The position numbers and the translations under genes were made by a program. DNA of 64,000 nt from a virus: the IMG/VR virus record IMGVR_UViG_3300042881_006586; one strand, 5' to 3'. Position 1 is the stretch's first letter. Each line of letters begins with the position of its first letter. This document shows positions 55,894 to 64,000 of the stretch, piece after piece. The notes under the pieces were generated by a model. It was not told the origin of the DNA, made no database searches, and saw only the letters and a program-made list of their open reading frames with translations.

Positions 55894-57981
55894 TTAAGCT
55901 GTTGGAGAAACATAAGTTGCAGTTGTGCCTGAAAAATATTCTAAGTATAAATTTGTATCATTTGATTTAAATATTCTACAAGTGTAATCTGCATAAACAT
56001 GAGTTGCTGCTGAGAAATTTGTACTACCTATTGAATAATCTATTAGGTTTCTTTGGAATAAATTGCCAATTGTATTGTTGTTAAATGTACTGATATTACG
56101 AATATTGTTAGCAAAGAAATTATTGCCTATAGCATTTGAACTGAAACTATCACCAATAATGTTTGATTGAAAAAAAAGTCCTATTGTATTAGTAGCAAAA
56201 GTATTACCAATTGTGTTCAATAAAAAATTAATTCCAATTGTGTTATTTTGGAAACCATTACCAATTGCATTATCACTAAAAAGAGAACCAATTGTATTAC
56301 CTTGGGAGCTATTACCAATTGTATTATTATTACAATTGATATCAATAGTGTTATTTACAAAACTGTTACCAATTGTGTTATTATTAAAACCATTTTGAAT
56401 ATCATTGTTATCAAATTCATTAGCAATTGTGTTGTCTCTGAAATTATCTCCAATATTATTAGCTGAAAAATTATTAGCAATTGTGTTATTATTAAAATTA
56501 TCTCCTATTGTATTACTATTGAATTCATTACCAATATTATTGTCTTGAAAATCATCTGCAATATTATTCGAACCAAAATCTTTTTGAATGTTATTCTTAG
56601 TAAAATTAGCTCCTATTTCATTAGAGTTAAAATCTTTTGAAATATTATTATATAAAAATTGAGTTAAAATATTATTATCACTAAAACCATTTTCAATAGT
56701 ATTGTATGAAAAATCACTGCCAATAGTATTAAATGCAAATTCTGAACCTATATTATTACTATTAACATTGTTTCCAATAGTGTTAAAAAAGCAGACACCA
56801 CCTATAACATTATCGAAAAAATCCGTACCTATTGTACTATATGAAAAAAAACCATTTAATTGATTAAAATAAAAATCTCCTAAAAAGACTACATTATCAC
56901 TAAAACCTCTATTTCCAATCAATTCTGCTCCACCTGTATCATTCCATTTTATATTAAAAGCATCATATCCATCGTTGCCAAAGCATTTAAAGTCCTTATA
57001 GTTTCCTGTTGTACCTTGACCTAAATAATTATCTCCAATCCCCCAATAACCTGTTCCCAAAGAAGCAGTAATACCACTCAAATCAACTTCAAATCTTCTA
57101 TATTTTCTTCCACGAAAATCAAAGGGGGCATCGATATTTCTATAGGTGTCAATTCTTCTTGTTATCCAACCATAAGCATTTTCTATTTCATATATTGTCT
57201 CAACAGATAATGTATCTGCATCATAATTAAGAAAATCATTATAATCTAAATCTATAAGAACTACTTTAAATCCATCTTCTTCGATTCTTATTCTTGACAT
57301 TGCTTTTGGATATGCAAAATCAGGGTCATCGGATGTGTAAGGATATTGAGCTGTTGAAATATTAGGAGTTAAAGGTTCAAATGCACCATCTTGATAATAG
57401 GTTGAACCGCTGAATTCTGCATATACATAAAAATAATGCCCAAAAAGCGCAGGGTAGTTTGTAGGCATAGTAAAATAAACATCTGTTCCATCCCATTGAA
57501 GGTCAAATCCTGAAATTGCAGTTAAATCAGGAAGATTATTTCCATTATAAATTGTAAACGGTACACCTATTTTATCAGTATAAGGTTCATATTGAACAAT
57601 ATCCCCTTGAAAAGTTTCTGAATATCCTATTGGAGAAATTTCATAAGAAGAAATAGCTTGAAGAAGTAAAACTTCAGTTTCACCTTCATAAACTTCTCTT
57701 GGAATAAAATTAGGGTCATTTGGAGTTGGATTATTATAAGCAATGTCTGCTCCATTTAAAAAGTTGACCGACCTATAGTCAGTCAGCCTATACCATTGAC
57801 CTGCAACCAATTCACCATTTACAATTTTATCGTAAAGTTCAGAATAAATGATATCAGTAGGATTAAGTATAAATTCTTTAGCAGAATCTAAAATAAATTT
57901 TTGTGGAATATTATTTGTTTGTGTGTATAATTCTTCAGTACCATTCAAACTTGGTCTTATTGGGAAATTATTGGGTTTCAT
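55894..57981 (-). CDS. Beta-helix tailspike/fibre-like protein C
   Basis: Same N-module and C-terminal ATHVY..Y.C...YL.YF.GT cap; 11-aa NNTIGxxF repeats. Confidence 0.75.
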   Translation of the reverse strand: MKPNNFPIRPSLNGTEELYTQTNNIPQKFILDSAKEFILNPTDIIYSELYDKIVNGELVAGQWYRLTDYRSVNFLNGADIAYNNPTPNDPNFIPREVYEGETEVLLLQAISSYEISPIGYSETFQGDIVQYEPYTDKIGVPFTIYNGNNLPDLTAISGFDLQWDGTDVYFTMPTNYPALFGHYFYVYAEFSGSTYYQDGAFEPLTPNISTAQYPYTSDDPDFAYPKAMSRIRIEEDGFKVVLIDLDYNDFLNYDADTLSVETIYEIENAYGWITRRIDTYRNIDAPFDFRGRKYRRFEVDLSGITASLGTGYWGIGDNYLGQGTTGNYKDFKCFGNDGYDAFNIKWNDTGGAELIGNRGFSDNVVFLGDFYFNQLNGFFSYSTIGTDFFDNVIGGVCFFNTIGNNVNSNNIGSEFAFNTIGSDFSYNTIENGFSDNNILTQFLYNNISKDFNSNEIGANFTKNNIQKDFGSNNIADDFQDNNIGNEFNSNTIGDNFNNNTIANNFSANNIGDNFRDNTIANEFDNNDIQNGFNNNTIGNSFVNNTIDINCNNNTIGNSSQGNTIGSLFSDNAIGNGFQNNTIGINFLLNTIGNTFATNTIGLFFQSNIIGDSFSSNAIGNNFFANNIRNISTFNNNTIGNLFQRNLIDYSIGSTNFSAATHVYADYTCRIFKSNDTNLYLEYFSGTTATYVSPTA

Positions 57982-57992
57982 TTGATTTTTAT

Positions 57993-58044
57993 TATAAATA
58001 TATAAATCCCCTTTAAAATTTTAACTAAGTAAAAGATATTTATA
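57993..58044. promoter_or_regulatory. Divergent pair of TATTTATA motifs
   Basis: TATAAATA 57993-58000 and TATTTATA 58037-58044, each oriented with its gene. Confidence 0.75.
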
Positions 58045-58051
58045 ATAAAAA

Positions 58052-59491
58052 ATGTATTGGAGAACATACTTTGACAAGGACAATGTTATAATAAAGGATT
58101 CAACTGTTAATCTTGGGAAGAATCCAATTGTATCGCTTTATTACGGTGGTACTTATGGAAGTTCTACATATTCAAGATATATCTTTCATTTTCCAATTGA
58201 AAAATTGAAACAACTTTATGACGATTGCATGCTTGGTGATTTAACCAATGTCAAACATAAGCTCGTTTTGAAACCTACAAGATATTTCGGAAACGGTTTG
58301 GATATGACAACTGCATGTTTGGCAACTGCATATGATTTGTGTCTTTTCAGGACAAGACAAGATTGGGTTGAAGGATGTGGATATGATTTTGACTGCGCTG
58401 AAAGATGTGATGGTTATATCAGTCCAAATTGTAATACTTCTTTAGCAGAATCCAATTGGTTCTATGCAAAACCAAATGAACCTTGGCAAACTCAAGGGAT
58501 ATACGATGCATTTTCTGCAGAAACAATGATTATCACAGGAGATACTTATTTCTCAGGAGAACCTATATATCTTCAATGCAAAGCTCAAGCCTGTGATGAT
58601 TGTCTTTTTGAAATGGATATGACTTCTCTTGTAAATGATTTGATTTCGGGAGACACCCCCAATTATGGATTTGGATTGGCTTTCAATAGTAACTATGAAA
58701 TAAATCCCGAAGGAGTTACAAAATATCTTGGATTTTATAGCAGTGAAACTCCTAACTTTTTCAAACCCTATATTGAAACTGAATATATCAATCCAATTAT
58801 AGATGATAGGCAAAGTTTTTACACTGATAAGGAAAATACTTTATATCTATATGTAAATGTCAAAGGAGAACCTGCGAATTTGGATGAAAATCCAATTGTA
58901 ACGATATATAATGAGTTTGACGATGTTTATACTATCCTAACAGGAGAATGTGTCTCAAAAGGAATTTATGGAGTTTCTTTTGAAGTTGATTCTGCTCAAT
59001 CTGATATAAACAGTTGTGTCGTTTGGAGAGATGTGTGGTCAAATGTTAAAATCAATGGCAGATTGTTAAGGAATGCTGAACAAGAATTCCAATTGAAACC
59101 TAATGATGATTATTATCAAATAGGAATAAGTACAGGAAGTCCTAAAAAATATGGTTTCAAATTCAAAGGGATTCAAAGAAATGAAAATATAAGAGTTGGT
59201 GATGTAAGAAAGATAACTATTGATACTTATGAAGCATTTGAGCCTAATAAGAGAGTAGTTGTTGATAACATTTTTTATAGGCTATATGTAAAAGAAGGAG
59301 TTGAACAATTGGATATTATACCTTGGACTCCTGTAAATATTGGTTCTTGTGAAAATTTTATTTATCTTTATACCGAATGGATGCTTCCTCAGATTTATTA
59401 TTTAGATTTTAAATCTATATCTAATCAAGAGGAAAGAACTTATCCTGAAGAAATCAAATTTTATATATTAGACGATAATGTAAAATGTTAA
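58052..59491 (+). CDS. Cys-rich virion structural protein
   Basis: Late motif 7 nt upstream; SRYIFHF...W.EG.GYD...NYGFGLAF...PYIE pattern resembling DNRLRE-like domains. Confidence 0.6.
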   Translation: MYWRTYFDKDNVIIKDSTVNLGKNPIVSLYYGGTYGSSTYSRYIFHFPIEKLKQLYDDCMLGDLTNVKHKLVLKPTRYFGNGLDMTTACLATAYDLCLFRTRQDWVEGCGYDFDCAERCDGYISPNCNTSLAESNWFYAKPNEPWQTQGIYDAFSAETMIITGDTYFSGEPIYLQCKAQACDDCLFEMDMTSLVNDLISGDTPNYGFGLAFNSNYEINPEGVTKYLGFYSSETPNFFKPYIETEYINPIIDDRQSFYTDKENTLYLYVNVKGEPANLDENPIVTIYNEFDDVYTILTGECVSKGIYGVSFEVDSAQSDINSCVVWRDVWSNVKINGRLLRNAEQEFQLKPNDDYYQIGISTGSPKKYGFKFKGIQRNENIRVGDVRKITIDTYEAFEPNKRVVVDNIFYRLYVKEGVEQLDIIPWTPVNIGSCENFIYLYTEWMLPQIYYLDFKSISNQEERTYPEEIKFYILDDNVKC

Positions 59492-61053
59492 AAAAATATA
59501 TTTTTGAAAGATTGCAAGATGTTGAAGCTACAAAGTTAGCTGAAACTGTTTTTAATGAAATAGTTTTTCATAAGCAAAGGGAGATACAAGAAGAATTTAA
59601 AAATTGGGGTATAATAGGTTTTAATACTCCTGATGGGATTAAATTAGATTCATTTGAAGGTGTATTTTCATTGAAAGTTATCAATAAATTTGCATCTTCT
59701 TTTTATTCACCATCTAAAGATGATAAATTGATTGTTTTAACTGTTGTTGGTTATGATAAGTATAATGATATGGTTGATAATTTAATTAGAATCATAATTG
59801 ATAAAAAATCGACTTTTATTCATGAATTCATTCACATGTTAGATGATATAAGAAGTGATGGGAAAATTATTAAAGAACCTACTAATAAGGAAGGCGGTCA
59901 AAAAAGATATGAAAAACTGAATAGAGAAGTAAATGCAAGATTTCATCAGATTGCTTCTGCAGTAAAAGAAAAATATATAGACAAAGAAATAGCTTCTATA
60001 AAAAAAGATTATGTTTTAAATAGAAAAAAATTTGAAAATGAATTTGATTTTGAAGGGTTATCAGAAGAAGAAAAATTGAATCTTGTATTAGTTAATTCTT
60101 CAGAATATGTTTGTAATATAAATTATTTAGTAGATTTATTTAAAGAGGAAATATTTAATTTTTTCCATTATAAATTAAACCCTAATTTAGAAAAAAGACT
60201 TCTTTCAAGAGCATATACTTATTTTTCAGAGCTTATTAAAAGTTATGATATTGATTGTTCAAAAAAAATAAAAATAATTTACGAAAATAAAATAAACTCT
60301 TTATTGGAAACTTATAGGGCTATAACTGAAGATGATTTAAATGAAGTTATATATGTTCCAAATGAAGGAAGTGATGAAGAAGGGAATGAATATTGGATAA
60401 AACAAATGAAACTATCAATTGACCGTTTGAGGGCTCAAAATCCTTTAAATGGGGTAAAATATGATTTAGATAGTATTGATTTCCCTAATGAAATTATAAA
60501 TCTTTATGGAAAAGTTTTTGCAATAGTTTTATATTCTAATGAAAATATGGAAGATATTGTATATATGACTCGTTATGAATTGTATAGAGATGGGATTAAA
60601 CTTATTAATACAAGGTCTGTCCCAAATGTCAGAGGTCGAGGATTAGCTCTTAGAATATATAAAGCATTAAAACAAAAATTAAATACTCCAATTTATTCAG
60701 ACACTTCTCATTCCCCATTTACAAAATTTGGTGTTTGGAAAAAATTATATAAAGAATCTCCGAATAGTGTAAAAGCATATGATGTAAATAAAGACAAAAA
60801 ATTTGACATTGAAATGAGACCTAATAGAAAAGGTGAAGAGGATATGTTTTATATTGATAACAATGTTGATATTAAAGAATATAAAAAAACTGCAAAAACT
60901 CTTGGGATTAATTGGGATAAAGATTGGAATAAAGGCTCTCAAATAAATTGGGATAATGTTCCTGCAGATGTTAAAGATAAATTAATGGAATACTCCAAAT
61001 ATAAAGAAGTATATTCGAAAAAAGATAATGGAATTATATTAGTTTATCTATAA
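59485..61053 (+). CDS. Polyvalent protein: zincin HExxH domain plus GNAT-like domain
   Basis: FIHEFIH...EVNARF; linker LLE/ITE/LNE; VRGRGLALRIY...IYSD....VWKKL. Confidence 0.6.
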   Translation: MLKKYIFERLQDVEATKLAETVFNEIVFHKQREIQEEFKNWGIIGFNTPDGIKLDSFEGVFSLKVINKFASSFYSPSKDDKLIVLTVVGYDKYNDMVDNLIRIIIDKKSTFIHEFIHMLDDIRSDGKIIKEPTNKEGGQKRYEKLNREVNARFHQIASAVKEKYIDKEIASIKKDYVLNRKKFENEFDFEGLSEEEKLNLVLVNSSEYVCNINYLVDLFKEEIFNFFHYKLNPNLEKRLLSRAYTYFSELIKSYDIDCSKKIKIIYENKINSLLETYRAITEDDLNEVIYVPNEGSDEEGNEYWIKQMKLSIDRLRAQNPLNGVKYDLDSIDFPNEIINLYGKVFAIVLYSNENMEDIVYMTRYELYRDGIKLINTRSVPNVRGRGLALRIYKALKQKLNTPIYSDTSHSPFTKFGVWKKLYKESPNSVKAYDVNKDKKFDIEMRPNRKGEEDMFYIDNNVDIKEYKKTAKTLGINWDKDWNKGSQINWDNVPADVKDKLMEYSKYKEVYSKKDNGIILVYL

Positions 61054-61161
61054 TTTAATTAATTTTAGTAAATTGGTGAAAAATAGTAAATCAAAAAGTA
61101 AAGAAGAGGTTGATAAAATATTTCAATTAGCAGACGATTATAATGCTGAACGTTATGTCTA

Positions 61162-62454
61162 TTAACCAATTCTTATATTTTTATCTACTAAATCTTCCAA
61201 ATTAAAATTACTAATATTTTGTACATTTGTATCAGGGTCAGTTGGTAATCCTGAATAAGGATGTACATGTGTTTCTATAAAAGTTTTAACCAATTTCAAA
61301 AAGTCAATAAGTTTATCCCCATGAACCATTGGATGACTATTGGTATTTATTTCCAATTGAGCATCTTCAGTAATCATTTTTTCAGGGTCTGTCAATTGAA
61401 AATTGTTAGAACCTTTATGTGACAAAAGATTTATTTTTTCAGCAACAATATTTACAACACTCCCTGCAAATTGGTCAAATTCATTTTGGTCTTTTACAAT
61501 TTCTTCCTTTTGAATGATTGTTTTAGAAAGAGGGAAATCTTTATCTAATTTTGAAAGTTCAGGGTCAACTGTAATAAGTTTCCATTTAGAATAAGTGTTT
61601 TGGTAATCTGAAATTTGTTCTTTAGCTGCAAGTAATAGTTGTTCCCTATTATCATAGGCTTGATTAAATTCCTCAACTAATGTATTGGTAGTAAAAGAAA
61701 ATATTTTTATTTCTAATTGTTTATCTTCTCTAACGAATACATTTATGATATGTGTAGGAGGTGTAATTTTTTCAATAAATACCCTTTTTTTCTTAACTTC
61801 TTTTGAAGCATTGTTTAATCCATGTCTTATTTGAATATAAGCAGGGTCTTTTTTATTGAAAATTGTATTATCATTTTTTTCATGTTTACCTGCTCTCAAA
61901 AGAACTTCACCATCTCTCAAGAGAACATCAGTATTCTTTCTTCCAACAAGTCCTATATCTGTTTTTGTAGCATATGCGCCTTTTGCTGCAGGTATTTCAG
62001 ATATAGCTTTACCTGCTTCTAAAGTACCATCAGATTCACGAGAAGATGCCGTTGTGTCATAAGGGTCATTTTCTATATTTTGTGGCTTGGAAATAGATGT
62101 TGTAAAATAATATCTTTTTTCCTTTTGAGCACTTTTTAAAGTATTATGGTATCTATCCATAATAACCATAACTCTTTCACCTAATTGAGGCACATAATGA
62201 AAATATGCAGGAGTTAAAGGGTAGCATTCAGGAAGATTATCTATAAAAGAATCTGATAAAGCAGTAGAAAAATTATTTTTCTTTTTACTACTAAGTGAAA
62301 ATTTTTCAAAATCTGCTGATTTCGAATCTACTTCAGGAATATATACTTTTATTGTTCTTGATTCATATTTATCGGTTATGCTGACTACCTTCCCCCAATA
62401 TGCAATTTTGGAGGTTAAGGGTACATCTGATAAATCATCGTATTTGTGCCTCAT
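61162..62454 (-). CDS. Baseplate hub/central spike protein (gp5/GpV-like OB fold)
   Basis: GKVVSI.D....IKVYIPE, PQLGERVMV, C-terminal THVHP metal-binding spike motif. Confidence 0.75.
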   Translation of the reverse strand: MRHKYDDLSDVPLTSKIAYWGKVVSITDKYESRTIKVYIPEVDSKSADFEKFSLSSKKKNNFSTALSDSFIDNLPECYPLTPAYFHYVPQLGERVMVIMDRYHNTLKSAQKEKRYYFTTSISKPQNIENDPYDTTASSRESDGTLEAGKAISEIPAAKGAYATKTDIGLVGRKNTDVLLRDGEVLLRAGKHEKNDNTIFNKKDPAYIQIRHGLNNASKEVKKKRVFIEKITPPTHIINVFVREDKQLEIKIFSFTTNTLVEEFNQAYDNREQLLLAAKEQISDYQNTYSKWKLITVDPELSKLDKDFPLSKTIIQKEEIVKDQNEFDQFAGSVVNIVAEKINLLSHKGSNNFQLTDPEKMITEDAQLEINTNSHPMVHGDKLIDFLKLVKTFIETHVHPYSGLPTDPDTNVQNISNFNLEDLVDKNIRIG

Positions 62455-62849
62455 GATATTACTGATGTTCCTATACCTAAACCTGTAGTAACTCCTTGTA
62501 CTACGACAGGGCCTAAAGGTGATGCACCTACTGCAGTGACAGGTATCCCTGCAGGGAGAACTACTGTGAATTTAGCGTTTTCTAATAAATGTTCAACTAT
62601 TACTTCCATTCTTATTCTTTCCATTTTCTCTGAAACATTTTCTGCTCCTGAAGGTAAATTACCTATTGGAGCACCTGCTTCTTGTTGACGAATAATAACT
62701 TCCTTTGCCATATCTCTTGCAGACATTCCTGTTCGTGTAAATCCTCCTGTCAAGACTAAAGGTGCAGGGATAGGTAAAGCAGGTGTTTTACCTGATTTAA
62801 TTACCCCCATTATTATTTCTATAATTTTATCGATTGAGATTTCTTCCAT
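62451..62849 (-). CDS. Hypothetical baseplate-region protein
   Basis: ATGA-coupled to the spike gene. Confidence 0.65.
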   Translation of the reverse strand: MEEISIDKIIEIIMGVIKSGKTPALPIPAPLVLTGGFTRTGMSARDMAKEVIIRQQEAGAPIGNLPSGAENVSEKMERIRMEVIVEHLLENAKFTVVLPAGIPVTAVGASPLGPVVVQGVTTGLGIGTSVIS

Positions 62850-62850
62850 G

Positions 62851-64000
62851 TTATATAAAATTTGCTACTAATCCAATAATTTCATTATTTACTCCAAGTA
62901 AAGACTTAATAATACTTATCTGATTTTTAATTTTTTCTTTATTTTTTTCTATTGTCTCTTGAGTAACTAATTTAGTTAAATGTTTGATGAGAATTTTCAT
63001 AAGAAATTTGATTACTATCGGTAACAAAACTTTTTTAACTAAATCTATAATTAGTTGTTTATTTTCTTTCAAAAATTCTCCAAATGTTTTGAATCCTATA
63101 GAATTATTTACTATTTTAAAATAGCTTACAATCATCATCATTACTTTAGGCGCAAAAAGTAAATTTGCAAGAGCTTTTACTATTCCTAATAGAAAATTGC
63201 CAAAGAAATTATTTTTTCCAAAATCCCTATTTTCTTCACTTATATTGTTTGTTGCTTGATTTGAGAGCGTATCAAATTTATTTGTAAGAATATCCTTTAT
63301 CTCAATTAAAGTAGATGTTGCATTTAATTGGTCATTTAAATCAATTAAGTCATTTATATCTATAGAGCTTGAAACAAAATCACATTCTTTTAGAATTTTT
63401 TCCCCTGTAACTCTTTCTTCAACTTTTTCATTGAATAAATCAATTTCATCCTTTGTGAAATCAAAATAACTGTTATCTATTTCAGTAATTTCTGTGAAGT
63501 CAATAATTTTATCTATTAATATATCAAGTTCTACTTCTGCAGAAACAGTATTCTTGTTAAATTTTAATAGATTGGAAACTGAACCATATGTCATATCAAA
63601 TACCTTATTTACAAAAGTTGGTAAATTAAATATAATAATTCCATCTAAAAAAGCATTGATAAAATCATTTACAGTTCTTCCGCTCCAAGAGGAATCTATC
63701 TTCACATTGAAGATATTTGTTTTCATTTTGCCATCTACAATTCCTTGTTGCTGATATGTAACAGTGATTAAGTTTTTCCAACTTCCAACGTTACCTTGTA
63801 ATACATCATAAAGGTAAGCATTTAAGTCTTGAGAGATTGAACCATAAATTAGTTTACCTCCTATAGAATTAGGGTCTACTTTAAGAATGCTACAAAAGTC
63901 AACTTGTTTTACAGCTACATTAAATCCTGTACCTGTACCATCAACTAAAAAATCAGGAATAATTGCATCAACACTGCATGAAAATTTATTTTTTAAAATA
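62851..64000 (-). CDS. Partial hypothetical protein (5' end outside window)
   Basis: Frame stays open from 63999 through the listed 63726 ATG. Confidence 0.75.
   Translation of the reverse strand, partial: ILKNKFSCSVDAIIPDFLVDGTGTGFNVAVKQVDFCSILKVDPNSIGGKLIYGSISQDLNAYLYDVLQGNVGSWKNLITVTYQQQGIVDGKMKTNIFNVKIDSSWSGRTVNDFINAFLDGIIIFNLPTFVNKVFDMTYGSVSNLLKFNKNTVSAEVELDILIDKIIDFTEITEIDNSYFDFTKDEIDLFNEKVEERVTGEKILKECDFVSSSIDINDLIDLNDQLNATSTLIEIKDILTNKFDTLSNQATNNISEENRDFGKNNFFGNFLLGIVKALANLLFAPKVMMMIVSYFKIVNNSIGFKTFGEFLKENKQLIIDLVKKVLLPIVIKFLMKILIKHLTKLVTQETIEKNKEKIKNQISIIKSLLGVNNEIIGLVANFI

Noticed and set aside
50670-57981. Diversity-generating retroelement acting on Asn-rich fibre genes
   Set aside because: No reverse transcriptase and no TR/VR pair with adenine-specific mismatches seen; similarity is ordinary paralogy
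1-64000. Stop-codon reassignment as in some large Bacteroidota phages
   Set aside because: Core genes are intact under code 11 and end in TAA, TAG and TGA
1-64000. tRNA, rRNA or structured ncRNA genes
   Set aside because: No cloverleaf or T-loop signatures noticed and intergenic gaps are short; tRNAscan/Infernal would be needed to exclude them fully

Overview
Very AT-rich segment of a large T4-like (myovirus-type, probably jumbo) phage genome using the standard genetic code. The host is most likely Bacteroidota: there are TTTG-N19/20-TAnnTTTG promoters, a DUF3127-like protein, and A-rich, SD-less starts. The left end (about 300-1600) is a non-coding block of two strand-polarised repeat arrays (ATATACG; CAAAGG) around an inverted repeat and G-tract core, a candidate origin or terminus. 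The centre holds the T4-type head module: terminase, portal with an atypical Pro-initiated mini-intein, prohead protease with a LAGLIDADG intein, scaffold and gp23 capsid. Lysis genes, ClpC, helicases, beta-helix tailspike-like proteins and baseplate genes are also present. The most striking pattern is that about 15 unrelated proteins carry one of two short N-terminal leaders ending in (I/L)xE, the T4 prohead-protease cleavage signature. Their cargoes include zincin-, PRTase-, HhH glycosylase-, Gp88-, GH108-, nucleotidyltransferase- and GNAT-like domains. Most sit behind a TATTTATA motif (the reverse complement of the T4 late promoter), and DNA duplications show leader and promoter being moved as cassettes. 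I infer a modular capsid-addressing system for co-injected effectors. Also seen: A10/A11 slippage sites in two acidic head proteins, and a shared N-terminal docking module on six structural paralogs. All family calls come from motif recognition by eye; no database searches were run.
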